This document shows, piece by piece, positions 14,042 through 27,322 of a stretch of DNA of 64,000 bases; position 1 is the stretch's first letter; every line of letters begins with the position of its first letter. The stretch comes from Ptychomitrium polyphyllum. Lineage: Eukaryota. The notes beneath the pieces are model-generated. The model worked only from the letters and a program-made list of their open reading frames with translations, searched no databases and was not told the origin of the DNA. The stretch is from assembly GCA_973851085.1 (NCBI GenBank), contig OZ316775.1, forward strand, positions 992,001-1,056,000. The letters are read 5' to 3'. The position numbers were made by a program, and so were the translations under genes.

Positions 14042-15606
14042 CTACGCCAGTCCCATCTATGATCCAAAGAACTTGTACAGTTCGTCATCGCAATAGTCAA
14101 CAACTTATATGGACGAATGCAAATGCGAATGGGGATGTGAAGCAGTCCATCATTACACGCTTGGCGTTACTAAGCCCTTTGTCAAGTCCGAACCAAATTC
14201 TCACATGCTCTCCACACAGTAGCCTCCTCTTCCGATCTTGTCTAACCACCCTACTTTCCTCCAGATTCTGTCATTCTTAATGGCCTCCAGCTGAACCTCC
14301 TGATGAAGCTTCTGGTTGTGTCATCATCTTGGTGACCTTTGAAATTCTGTGTCTCCCAGTTTGTGCTTCACACTGTTTCTTCACAAGATGTGTACAAAAA
14401 GTGTACAAAAAGTTTCTCTATAGATGACATGGTACTACTTGTGAAGATGGTGTAGTTCAACATGATGACTATATAGCAAGTTGGTTTTGGAGCCTGAAAA
14501 TTGACAGCCATCTTATATGAGAAAATGATTGTACCCTGACAGCCAGATTGTGAGTGAAGTTTTGACCCAAGGCTAGGAACAGTATCATTATCTGCATTGT
14601 GAAGTTTCTATGTGCTTGCTTTGCATTAATGAGGAAGATCTTGTTTTGAGAAATTTTGCACCTGAAACTATCACATGTTTCGTCTTGGAAGTCCTAAGAT
14701 ACATAGCTATCACTACCAATTTTCTGAGCGTATGTGGCAGTTCTTCATTGCATGAAAGCAGTATTGCTACTTCACATAGTACCAAGCAAATCTCTGTGTG
14801 ATCTCTCTTGTGCTTTCCTCTTCCCTCCTTACTGATCTTGGACTCTTACAGTCTCTTGCGCTTCTCTTGTTTCTATAGTTTAACTCCTTGTGCTGTTCCT
14901 TTCGTCCTGGTGCTCCCATTACTGACTAAGATGTAAAGAGTAAGACGAAGGTGCAATTATTGTTAAGGTAGCTACATTTTGCATCACATTTCACCGCTTT
15001 GTGGCTTCGACTGCTATGGACTATGTAGATCGTAGGCTTTAGTGTATTATTTACTTTGAATCTCCTTTGCCTTTGAAGATCACTAATACAAAAACAAACG
15101 TATTGAAAAACTATTCATCTGTCGCAGATGACTGCTACTTGTAAGGATGAAGATGAGAGGCATTACACTAGAAAATTGGTCAGAAAATGCTCTAGCAGCT
15201 GATAGCTTCTTAGATTAGGATTAGGCCAGCGTCAAGTCTATAGCCTTGTTCACGGGAAACTGACCTAAAACACCAAACAAAAAGATCTGCCGCTCAACTA
15301 CAAAACAGGACTGGCAGAGTTGTGGCGCCACCTGTACGGCATCATGATACTTGCGATGAAGTGGGAGTCTGCAAATTCAACAGACAACCGCAAGTTTTTG
15401 TTAACCAACAGATAGAAAAAAGAGCTGATCAGTGCTGCACCGGGGCTTCCGTGGACGAGGTGCCGCGCATGATGGGATTTCCGAAGCTGTGGGAGGAAAG
15501 AATCATCCATTGGGAGCGACGAGGGTCATCCGAGAAAGAATGGCCCTCCTTATTCGTTCTAATGTGCATAGGGCTATGAAATTCTTATCCACCGCTTCCA
15601 AGTTCC

Positions 15607-15615
15607 AAACCCTAA
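15607..15615 (+). promoter_or_regulatory. Telo-box (AAACCCTAA) upstream of the FTR 5' UTR
   Basis: Exact motif shortly before the likely 5' UTR exon (intron donor gtgagt at ~15791). Confidence 0.4.
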
Positions 15616-16200
15616 TTTTCACGACTCTCTTTCGCTTCAGCGTGTCGTCAAGCATCCATCTTTTGTGCCATTGCAGGGATAGAATCTGCACTCTACACAC
15701 TCACAGACCTGCCCAATCATCTCTGGAGGAGTTTCTCAGTGTCCAGAGCTTCAGATTTAATCCGGAATTCCAGCTCTGGTTGGATTACGAGGTGAGTGTT
15801 GGCTCCTTTGACGCAGAGTTATGCTATGTAGTTTGAGCTGGGTTTGTTGAACTTGCAGCAAAGTCTTGTAATAGGATTGGGCTTGTCGATGTCGTGGTGT
15901 GAGGATGTGTTTGGAATGTGTTTTTGTTGTTGAGTTTGTGTTTTCTGTTGAGCTGTTGTGGTATGTGGTGTGGTTGGAAGGTTGGTTTGGATTTTGTGAC
16001 AGTGAGCTTGCAGTTTGCGTTTTACGTTGTTTTTTGTTTGTCCAATTGGATATTTCTCCGGCGTGCTTTTCAAGGAGGCAGGGTTTGGTTTTGCTGGATT
16101 GCGCACTTCCTGTATTGGGGTTTACTGCGTTGTGCGGCATCACTGATGTGAGTGTTGTTTCAGGAGGATTTTGGATTGCAGCGGAGTTTGAAGTCGAAAG

Positions 16201-18036
16201 ATGGCGTGCTTGATGGCTGGTGCGGGAATGGCAGGCGTCTTTTCGTCGTCCCAGCTGAGGAGCCGTTCTGCGTTTTCTTCGCATTCTGGTGGATTTTTGG
16301 GGGCTTGCGCACCCGTTTCTGTTGTTTCAAGGGGTCTCGCAGTTCGGGCTGCAGGTATGATATACCTCGAATTATGGTTTTCGCGATGGTGGGATGGGAG
16401 GGCTCGAATTCACTTCCTGCTGGCTCATCTTTTCGTAGAATATTCGTTTCCGACGAAAACGGACTCTGGCATGGAACATGGAATAGCTATCTCCTTGTAG
16501 CGATTGTGTTCCGATTGAGCATCCATGCGTCGGAACTGCAAATAAGTTGGGATTTTACGATTATTTCACATGCAGAAAGATGTTCATTCACTTCACGCTG
16601 AGACTTTCTCAATGGTGATGATATACCTTACTCCATCACATAGGATTTCCAGGAATCCGCTATATATGGATTTTAGAGCTAAACCTGCCTACCAGTTGCT
16701 CAAGACCAAGCATGAGGGAATTTGCAGCAGGCAGTCTAATCCAGTAATTGATCAAATTTCGATGTTCATGATGGCGTTTTTAACTGTGTTATGTTGTGAG
16801 AGTAGGCTACCGGAGAGCAAGAATTTTGTTATAGCTGTTAGACCAGTACTAAATCTGCGATGTGGAGATTGGAAACTGAAATGCAACATAAGTTTAGTCA
16901 TATTGGGGATTGCTGTCTAAAATATGGGTCGATTCAATTGCAGGAGAGCCTTCTGACAAGTCTCTGGAAGTGATGCGGAAATTTTCGGAGCAGTATGCAA
17001 GGAAATCTGATACTTTCTTTTGCGTAGACAAGGGTGTCACTGCTGTTGTTGTTAAGGTGGGGTGCTCTTGATTTGATAAGTGTTACCGCCTTCCTTCAAT
17101 TCATGTACTTCGCTTTGATCTTCATCTCTGCTTTTTTCCGGTAGAGGATTGCTAGGAATCTTTTTGTGAGATTCGTATTGTGTTAAGACGTTTTATTGAT
17201 TGTGCTTGGGAAACTTACACTGGTTGTTTTACAGGGGTTGGCAGAGCACAAAGACACTCTAGGCGCTCCTCTCTGCCCATGCAGGTCTGTTGCAGAAGGT
17301 TTCTCGGTTGATATGTGGAGTAGCTTAAGAACTATTGTTTTCTTTGATGACCTTCTATTGGAACTGGCTTCTGGATGACATTTTCAAGTGATTACTCTTT
17401 TAAAAGAATTCTGTTACTTGCTTTGGGATTAAATGACAAAATCGTCACCTTCGCGGGATTGTATGATCTCACATTTTGTTGATTGGGCAGGCATTACGAT
17501 GACAAAGTGGCTGAAGTTCAACAAGGGTTTTGGAACTGCCCTTGTGTTCCCATGCGTGAGAGGAAGGAGTGCCATTGCATGCTTTTCTTGACTCCTGATA
17601 ACGACTTTGCAGGAACAGAGCAGGTACTTCTCGAAGCTTTAGAACCTGAATTGCATTACATTATTCAATTGTGAGCACATTATCTCAATTTTGTTCTTCT
17701 ACTAAAAGTTGTTTAATTGGTTGTTCATAATCTAAGTTTAAAAATTGAAACATTTATGCTATGGAAGACGTTATAAATCCTAGAAATAGAACCTTAGTGT
17801 TTTGAAGCCTGGCAAAACGCGTTGAAAGTTTTAGAGATGCTCTATAAGATTTTGTCCTACACTAGAATGGAACATGTAGATTGGTACAGTTGACATGATC
17901 AGATGACAAAGGTTGAGTACATTGTTGCCATTGGTAATGTAGTAGTTGGTTTTCTCATGGAAGCGTGTTTTTGGTTAATGCTTGTGGTCAGAAAATTTCA
18001 CTGGAAGAGATTTCAGACTTGACGAAGAACTTCTAA
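16201..18036 (+). CDS. FTRC: Ferredoxin-thioredoxin reductase catalytic subunit, chloroplastic; exons 16201-16354, 16944-17056, 17235-17284, 17491-17623, 17992-18036
   Basis: Transit peptide, then MRKFSEQYARKS, GAPLCPCRHY, WNCPCVPMRERKECHCMLFLT (CPC/CPC/CHC 4Fe-4S and disulfide motifs); canonical introns in phase. Confidence 0.97.
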
Positions 18037-18826
18037 GACCTTCCTGAAGGTGGCATTTGTACCATGCTTTTTACTGTATTGGCTTCCTGTGCATTGTAGG
18101 AGGACCATACTCTTGCTGCCATGTGCGGCACAAGAAGGTGATGGTCTTATTGTCAATCACATAGCTCTAGCTTTTGTACTGATACGTTGTAAATTTTGAG
18201 TTGGAATGTAGCATATACCCTGTGTGGCTCCTCAAGGGCCATGAGAGTCGCACAGGTTCTCTTGTATAAGGAGGACAGCTGCTCTCTTTTATGATGTGCA
18301 GTTTCGTTTACAGTCAACTATTCATTTCTGTTTTCGAATGTTCTACATTCCGCAAATGCTCGTCTTTGTTACATCTTTGTTGGGTCTTTGTTATTTGTCA
18401 CCACATCACATGACCGGTGGGCCATCAGTAGCATGTGCAATCCTTAGTGTTGCTACTGCTAGGATGTGTCATGTTACATGTTGAAACTAAAGAACCTCCC
18501 TTACGAGTGATTTAAGGAAAGACTTGGGTTGCCCGATACGAATCATACAAATAGCATGCTAGAGTCCGCACATGGCAGCAAGAGTATGGTCAATACTAAC
18601 GGTATGAATAAACTTCTTTAAATTATCTGCCCAGCATTGAAGAGAGCCACTTTCTTATGCATGAGCAGGCATCTCAGCAACCTTGTGTATTACATGAAAT
18701 CTTGGAATTGTCTGTAATGCACGATGAAAGGTGAATTACGCTTCTTGCTCTGAAGTGTTGACATAGTAAGCATCTATAAAGTATGAGACACTAGCCTCAA
18801 GTGCTAATTGTCGAGCTTGAAAGTAA

Positions 18827-20687
18827 TTACACCAACGTAGCACAATCAATAGCTTGGAAGCCAACGCGCTGGTTCACCACATCATGCACAATGAGGTTGT
18901 TTTGCTGCTGAATATTGCCAATGATGGAGAACTGATCACTAGGTCCTATCGCTAGACAAACGGTTTGCCCCGAATTGTCCACCAACACAAACAGATTTGA
19001 CATCGGAATAGTCAAATCGACGTTTGTCATGTGCACCACCATCGCAGGAAGAGTCAAGGTCGATTGATCAACGCTTGAAATATCGTAGCAAAGACTCAGA
19101 CCGTAAGAAGACGCATCTATCTCTGGATACGCAATCTGCCGCCTGAAGGCCTGTCATCCACAAATTTAAAATGCAAGATCAACCAACAAGTACACGCCTC
19201 ACCAACTTAACCCTCTCAGAAGACATAATTTACTTCGTAAGAAATTAATTCGTACTTGTGAAATTAGGGCGGACATGAGTCGGAGAGAAGGTATAATCGA
19301 AACATTACTGCTAAGAGAGGGGTGAAGGCCGCTGCTCTCCAGTAAGTGATTGTGGTTCCGGAATCCAAGATAACCCCGCCATCGCCATTGCTTTCAAACC
19401 CAAACGCCGAAGTGGGAATTGAAACTCTCGTCGGCCCGACGCTGATGCCCCTCACACCCACATAATAAAAACTTGGGTTTTGAGCATTTGTAAGCATCGG
19501 AGTATATGTCGCAGCCAAATTCTCCGCCGCGTTCCCGAAAATTATGGGACTGACGGCTCCTGTGTTCATATCGGACTGTTCCACCAAGCAGTAGGAGAAG
19601 ATTTCCGCAACGGAAGGGCTCAGCTGCGATGGTAGAGAGAGAGGACCCCGCCCCAAGCCTATCAACCCATCCGAACTTGAAAAAGTCCCCTGCTGGTTAT
19701 GGCCACACCCAAATCCTATGTGCGATACCGCCGAGTCAAGAGTGATGGTCTCATAGGCCAGGTCACCCCGAGTGCTGGAGCCATCACCGTAAGCATAAGT
19801 GTAAGTGCACGTATTTCTCAGACTGCAAATTGGTCGGGGAAGAGCCTGTTCATTTCATCACAACATGATTCATGAGATTGAAATTTCTCTCATTCAGAAA
19901 ATTTAGTTCAATGTCAAAGTAAGGAGTTTTGAGTTCGGATACTATGTACCGTGCAAAGAGAATCAGTACAATTTGCTAGGATGTATGTGCTAGATATCAT
20001 GGGATTGAACACAGCGTCTGGTTGCTGGAAGCAGCGCGTGCAGGGTAAGCACTGGACCCAGCAGAGGTCACTTCCCGTGTCGACAATTGTTACGAATCGT
20101 TGCGGAGGTGTGCCGACTAAGAATTGCATCACGTACTCGCCACTGCCGGCTGACACAGAGCTCGTCAGGCTTGTTGCCTCTGTTTCTACGTCTGAGGGTC
20201 TGAGGTTCAACTGCAGCTGGTTGACGCGGATCTGGCTTCGTTTCACGGCGTCCAGGAATCTCTCGCTAGGAGATTTTGTTGTGGTGTTAGTTCCTGTTTC
20301 GAGACTATCTCGGTGCACTAGGTAGGACCGCAATACCTGATCGCGAACAGTAGAAGAAACATTAGAACAGTTTTCCAAATCAGTTACAACCACACCTGTA
20401 CGTTGAAGTCTGTATTTGTATCTCAGCGAGCGAGAGGATTCTAGCTCAATCATATGCACTCTTATTTGAATTGATGATAGACTTTGTATGCTTTCTTTTC
20501 CTAGTAGCCAGTTCCAGGGGTGATGTAAACTACTTACGTTGGTGTTGTCTGCATCCGAGAGAGCTCGTCTTGGGAGCTCTAGCTTGCTACCCCCATGGAT
20601 GCGAACTCCTTGGTAAGACAGAGTAGCGCAGAAGAGCTGAAGGAGGACAAGAGCACACAACACAACGTCCTTCACAATGGTGCCCAT
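18827..20687 (-). CDS. A1-family aspartic protease (nepenthesin/CDR1-like), secreted; exons 20687-20538, 20336-19950, 19845-19309, 19150-18827
   Basis: Signal peptide, LVHRDS prosegment, GSGEY, catalytic DTGS and DSGT, FSYCL and IIGNIQQQN motifs; GT-AG junctions in phase. Confidence 0.93.
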
Positions 20688-21939
20688 GTTCAAGCTGCTT
20701 ATACTCACAGACGACGTTCTGCGCAAAGTTGGGGCTCGAGATTGATCAAATGACCTGCTGTTGGTGATGAAGCTCAAGAACCTCCTCAACCTGGCCAACC
20801 TCACTGAAATTACATATCCACAAGATGGAGAGCTAAATCAGACCACAACGCATGAATATGATCACTGAATTTATAACGACAGTCCACTCTCAGCAATTAA
20901 CCAACTTTTTAATTGCGTCTAATCAATTCAAGTTCTTGAAAGCATGAAACTGTACTCTCCCTCCACCGTCACTGATATATGTATGGTCAGAATATTTGGT
21001 TCAAGAGTCCAATTCGAAGAAGCTACAACTAATTCACCTGGTAACATGCAGAGACCTGGGGCTAGCTGACAGAGACGGAAAATCAGTAGCACCGGATCAC
21101 TTTACCTCAGATTCGTGGGCTGGGTGGAGTAAGTTATACTCTCAGCCGATGAGGACATGGGAGAGAGTGAGGAGAATGTGATATGTGGAGGTATTACATA
21201 GTTTTGAGGGCAAGCAGGAGCGATCAGCTGGCAGTCTGAAGCGGTGAAGGGGCCGTGTTGGGAGGGCGCTTGATCCCAGTACTACACTAAGCCGGGCAAT
21301 GAGAAAAGCAGGCAGCAGCAGTTGGCTAGAGCTGCTGGAGCTTCGACTTGGCTGCACGGCAACGCTCGCAAAATTATGCATGCAATCCAAGCTGCAAACT
21401 AGAATGTATGACAAGCAGCAGCCGGATTGTGGGTAGCTTGGTCGTTTCCTCATGTGTCCAGCACCGTGCCCCTTCCTTCATTTTCATCCTTGGCTTAGTG
21501 AATCTCCTGGTCTTTCCACCTTCCTTGAATCACATCACCGTCCTCTTTTTCTTCCAGAGCAAGCTACCATCGCCTTCTCTTTCCTCTTAGATAATGCTTT
21601 TTTTCGTTCTGCGTTTGATTGTTTCAATCAATTTCTTGTATCGCCTTTTGGATTTATTCCTAATGCTTCTACCTGCTAATTTTTTAGTTACACGAATGAT
21701 GAACAAATCGATTTAGTTGTCATGTGAGGTCACTATCATGTTTAGTATTTTAGTTTATTTCTTTAAATAAAGATTCTGCTTATTAGAATGACTTTAGGGT
21801 CCAAAATTTAAGGTTACCTATGCATACCTGAGATAAATTATGACAGTAATCACCACCATTGTAGCTGCCAGGTTTACTGATGTGGTTGATAATTGAAATT
21901 TGACATCATTAGAGCAGTGTATCAGCAGATTGTGTGTAA

Positions 21940-24730
21940 CTGCCTGGGTTCTGCGTTGAGCATGGACCCTTCTTTTATATTTTGATTTTGCTGTACAGTA
22001 CATGCAAACTGATTCACTTGGTAAGGTGTCTTTCCAGATGTTTGCTCCCATGTCACTGTCCCTCAATCTCCAAATCTAAATCATAACAGCCTCACTTTAA
22101 CAGTAAAACATCCACCTAGACTCTGGGTGTTCCAACCAAGGACCGCTACTTATGTACCTATTTGGCATTTCATAGTCAAACAGTATCAGAACACATCTAG
22201 TGTTATGGAAAAGTGTATTGCTCAAAAATTGAATAATGTTTCAGAGCTTTGTGCTGGTTACTTTGGGGTAGAATGAATGTATAATATTACAAAAGTTACT
22301 GCAAGGACTGGGATCCAACATGGTTTTGGAGTGCAGTGAAAGGCTTACAATCTCATGACCCACACATGAATCCAAACAGGCCAGAGGAGTGATGAAAGCC
22401 ACCTTTCCTAGAAACCCCAAATAGGCAAAATATACTAAAACAAAGAACAAGCCCACCTTTCTCAATGGGGTTGCTGTTATGTCAAGATAGGGTTAGTCCA
22501 GCTGCACCAAGCATGGGTGATTGGGCCCAACATCAAAGTTTGAATCACAGTTTTAGACACGATTTTTGAATGCAATTCTTACATGAATTGGCCCACATTG
22601 GCCCACATTGAGGCAGGAGATGTACTCATATCACACTTGGCAAAAAATTATAATGTGTGCATCCCAACCACCTTGGAGCTTGTCTCACATGATCATGCCA
22701 ACATGCCTTTGTTGAACTTCTCTTGTCACTTTAGCTTGACAAGGCTCAAGGAGTGGTAATAAGCATACAAAGTTGTTTCCCTTTCCTTTCACAAATATTT
22801 GACTGCTGTGCAATTTCAATTGATATGTTTCTACCCAGAAATTCTAAGATGCAAAAATTTGTCTATTTTAATATAACCTATTTAAATGAGAAATTTTCAT
22901 AGCATGTGAACATGATGATGTATTCTTTTGTAGCCAAACTTTGTGGCCTTCTAGCCTGCCTAGGGAGAAGAGTGGTGGTGCTGTGCTACAATTTATCATC
23001 ATGAAACTGTAGCCTGCACTCAACAAGATACCACTCTGGCTGGATGTCTTGGTCCATACAGCAATGAGCTTTTCATGTTTAGATTCTCCCCTAAAATTCC
23101 ACTGTCATAAGTAGAATGTGGTACAAGTGTACAATTTCAGTATTCATGTATCTGTTTTCACACATGGCACAAGCAGCTTTCTCTGAATTTCTTACTACTT
23201 TCTTTAGGCTGGAGAAGCTTGTAGAAATGCAGAAACCTGACATTGCTATTTTTAGGTTGATAAGAACCATTGTTTTCATATAGGCAGCTAGAATGCCACC
23301 AATCCCTTCAAGTTCAGTCTATAGCAGTATATTTGAAACACATTATGGTACCTCATTGTGAGACTAAATATAGAGCACACAATCCTCTGATGTAAGGCGT
23401 TCAAAATGCTTACTTTAAGAATGTAGCTGCATGAACTATGATTGGCAGAGTTTAAATGATACAATCCCCAGTTATTCAATTTTGAGCTGCCAATCTAAAA
23501 CACATCATTTCAAATCAACTTAGGTGAAAGAGATACAATTTGTAGGTAATAGAGATACATAAATTTGTACTGGTTATGCATTTGATGGCTTTATTCAGAA
23601 ATGAAGGCTCTGATTAGCAGTGTGGTATTATCAAACCCATATGTTCAGTACATTGATTGCACTTCAATATTCTGCATCATTGTGCAAAGTCTCTCGATTA
23701 CTTCTGCACTCTATCACGGAGCCGCAATTTGCAACAGCAAAGGTTGCATCCTGCCAGTTATCTCACAGTCCAGTTCATCCTAGGGATGGCATGCAGCTCA
23801 CTGCCCAATTAAGGATATTGTGTGCATTATGTTAGTAATATATTCTCATTGGGACTGAAAGGCAGTCCGATATTAGCTCACTATTATATGATCTCATTCA
23901 GGAAATTCCAATTATGTAAATTTATTGGTTATATGAGCCAACATTAAAGTCACACTGCATTCGCAAGAGATTGTTATAACTACAGTTGTAACTTAGCTAC
24001 TAATTAGTATCATGGGGATGACACACAACACCTAACTGTTTCCCCAAACAGGCTCAAAGCCTCTTGCAAAGCAACAGAAATTGCCAACTGATCATGAGGA
24101 TTGTCCTCACACCTACTTGGGAGTAATTGGTCCACAATATCAAATCACATTGCAAGCATCATTCACATGCCAGTAAAGTTAACGAATTTATTCTGAACTA
24201 AGAGGCAATTGACACTTTGAAGATAGAGCAAGTGGTTTGCCTACCTTGCTTAACATTTGAGCCAAGTAATCAAGACATCAGGTGAGGAAAACATTCTTCA
24301 ATTCTCCGGCCAGTTCTCCCTGTAAAGCAAATCTGGTCAAACGATCATACAAACGAAAGATCAAATCTAGGCAACCAGTGGGAAACGAATCTTCTCGAGC
24401 ATCATATACAACACTATCACAAAAAATGTGGAGACCCAGTAGGACTGAACAGTACTCTGAACGATGAAGCAATAATAAATTTTGATTGTACATGTCATCT
24501 AGTTCTTGTGCAGAAAGAAACACTCTCGACGTTTGGTAATGTTTATGCACCAGCATACGGCAGTGTGTACATCTACCTTAGATTAAGACATGTTTCTTCG
24601 TGCTCAAGTTCAACATACAGACTTGCAAGGCTGCTTCTTAAGGCCTCAAATGGCACATACTTCTTGCTTGAAAGTCTTCCATCACTTAGAGGCTCCAACG
24701 TCACGCCCGCTCAAGCTTGCTCATTGTGGC
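21940..24730 (-). pseudogene. Heavily degenerate multi-exon gene remnant, unidentified (weak COG2-like segment)
   Basis: Several AG...GT-bounded, exon-like blocks with internal stops; KKYVPFEALRSSLASLYVELEHE (~24600-24670) resembles the COG2 N-terminal motif from memory only. Confidence 0.25.
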
Positions 24731-25146
24731 GGATTGAATTATAACAACCATTCGTACTTCCAAATGTTTCTATGTGCGCTTGTGACAACTGTTGTCATTT
24801 ATCGATCCGCCGACTTTGCAAGAAAGGGTTTGTACATCAAGTGATTTCTATGACGAAGTGAAATTCAAATACTTGTACGCAACGTGCAGTATCGTTGTCC
24901 ATATTTGCATTGCAAATGGCATCTGTCCTACTCAAATTAAACACTCATCACTTCGCTTTGTAGAAAAGTATTATAGACAACGGAAAACCCCAAAAAAGGC
25001 ATCTACTTTAGTGCTGTACATCTCTCCCTACATGATGCTACATCACGGGCTCAAAATGACAACCAGGAAAATTTTGCTACTCATCTGCACCTGATTCTTT
25101 TGCCCATTATTACGTCTAAACTTTGGTTCTAGGCTACTGCTTTAGT

Positions 25147-27322
25147 TCAAACAGCCAGAAAGGATAGACTCAACCCAATGCTTAGCTGTGCTTTCAAGTC
25201 CCTAGAGTTTACTTCAGCAAGAAGACTAAATGTTACTAGAGGGTTAGGAGAGAACTGCAGAAGACCAACCACCAAACCCTTGTCATCAAATCGTCCCTTC
25301 GACATAGTTTGGCTGTTGTAAACATATGAGCCTGCGACCTTGGCATCTTGGTGACAAGAAACGTGTGAAGTAGAGCTCAAAACTCTTCTCGATGAGAGGG
25401 TCGAAAACCAGAGACCCTGTGAACCCCATCAGTCGTGTAGCCAATTCCTGCGTAACGTTACCCACATGAACATTAGTTCCAGGAATTGCAACTGATAGCC
25501 CACTTCACAAATTAGATAAAACTAAGACCTAACTATAGAGTCTCAAAAAAAATCACAAGAAAAGATGCAAGCCTTCAAGTGGTAGCTTAGACTCAATTTG
25601 TAAACTGAGATAGCCTACCAGCTTTTGTCATTCCAATGTTCCTCGTCTCTGTGTTGTACAGCAATGAACCTCCCGTAAAGATCCTCGTATTTCCAAGGTT
25701 TGCAGACAATTCAAGATTGGGTGCAGCCTTGAATCCAAGAATTTTAGCGTGGAGAGCTGCATAATCCTGTTGGTAGGTAATCTGTTTGCAGGTTCAACAT
25801 AATATGAAGAGCATTAGGAATGTGCATTCCATCCCAGAAATCAATAAATTCTAGTCATACCGGTATGAAAACACACAATATTCGCAGCTTAGAAAGGACT
25901 TACGTGATGCAGCACACAGAAAAGTGAATACTTAGAGTAAGAACATTAACATACATAAGCTTTGCCCTTTTCCTCACCGGGAAAACTTGTTTGCACACCT
26001 GCAGTCAGGCCAGATACACCAAAGTTTGATATAGTTGATTGGGCTTGAATCTGCACAAATACACAAAAATGCAAGTCAAACAAGATGATGAAAGTTGCAC
26101 ATATGCACGATGGGCAAAGGTTGTCACGAGCAACAAAACTAGTCACTGAAAAAACACTCAGCCATGTTATTGGTTCTCTCTGATAAATATCTTTTGTTGC
26201 AAATTCCAACTAGATAGAAGTAATTTAACTTCAAACAAGGAACTCCTCTCAGCCGGCTTATCTTACAAACAAGACATGTAGTTTCGCTATGACATTGGAC
26301 GTTGAAATCCACATTCAAGTCATCTGATGCTTCTCATTCCATGTTCGTGTTTGCTTTTTCTTAGATTTATACAATATTTCGGAGCTCGTTACTAAGCATC
26401 AACTCCCAGTTCACCACATATTTATGTTGACCATCACCTTGCTCCACATTATGATTCAACGCGGCAAGGCTGTCACATACGCTCTAGGTGAAGTGATTAT
26501 AGCACTCCATGTCCCATTCTAGATCTCCGTGCACTCTAGATACCACTCCATGAATTCAACAAAACGCTTTGAGAAAGATTGAAAATTTGCAATTAATACA
26601 TTTATCACAAGCTGCCAATCAAAATCAGGAAGAATATTGCTATTTACCGTACTCGGCTTTCAATAAAGAAATACCTAGTTTGAAGACTACTTTTCAGGTG
26701 TTGAGCTATTCTTCAAACCATAGAAGATAAAATACAAATGAAAAATCCAAACTCTGAGCTAGAAAAAAACCATCACTTCAACTCAACATCACTTTACCTA
26801 GGGCAATCCGAAATTCCATCACCAGCTTCGCTATAGACTAAACTCTCCGGAATCATGTCCTTCCCTGAAATTTCTCAGTTTGAAACGAAGCATTATTGAC
26901 AGAACAAGATGAACAAAGAAAACTTAGAGAAGTAAATACCAAAAACACCTAATTAAAATCTCTAACTCCAAGAGTCTCCATTGATACTAGTCAATAAAAA
27001 ACTAGTTAATACAGTAAAGGCCAGAGCTGCACATCAACAACCAAAGCCTCGTCGTGAACATCACCTGATTACCGGTAGTAGCGAAGGATAGGTTGTGCAT
27101 GTTGTTGCCCTCCTGGAAAGTTAACTGTACTATCCCCGCAGTGATATCCTGCACAATCGAGGTAGTGATCATCGCCGCGCGCGGACCCGGGCACGACACC
27201 ATGAGTGTGTGCCCACCCACAAACCCCTAGTGCACCAAATATTTCGCTTGCTTCCCTATGTCCGAGAACAGCACCGGCCCTCTCAGGCGGGCCAAGAGCG
27301 GGGCCTTCTGCTCACTCGCCAT
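25147..27322 (-). pseudogene. VDAC: Divergent mitochondrial porin (VDAC) pseudogene; exons ~27322-27065, 26050-25955, 25781-25619, ~25447-25147
   Basis: GPVLFSDIGKQAKYL N-terminal helix, TKAGIGYT and KGRFDDKG...AEVNSRDLKAQLSIGLSL C-terminus; in-frame TAG at 27229-27227 and two frameshifts in the last exon. Confidence 0.85.

Noticed and set aside
14461..14540. Box C/D snoRNA-like motifs (ATGATGA...CTGA...CTGA)
   Set aside because: No terminal stem and only 7-8 nt of possible rRNA complementarity; consistent with chance.
15757..16601. Long overlapping ORFs around the FTR 5' region
   Set aside because: They derive from GT-rich intron sequence and alternative frames of the transit-peptide exon.
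27190..27229. Programmed stop-codon readthrough in VDAC (TAG followed after 12 nt by a GGGCAC...GTGCCC hairpin)
   Set aside because: Two non-compensating frameshifts in the last exon mean readthrough would not restore the protein; pseudogene is the simpler reading.
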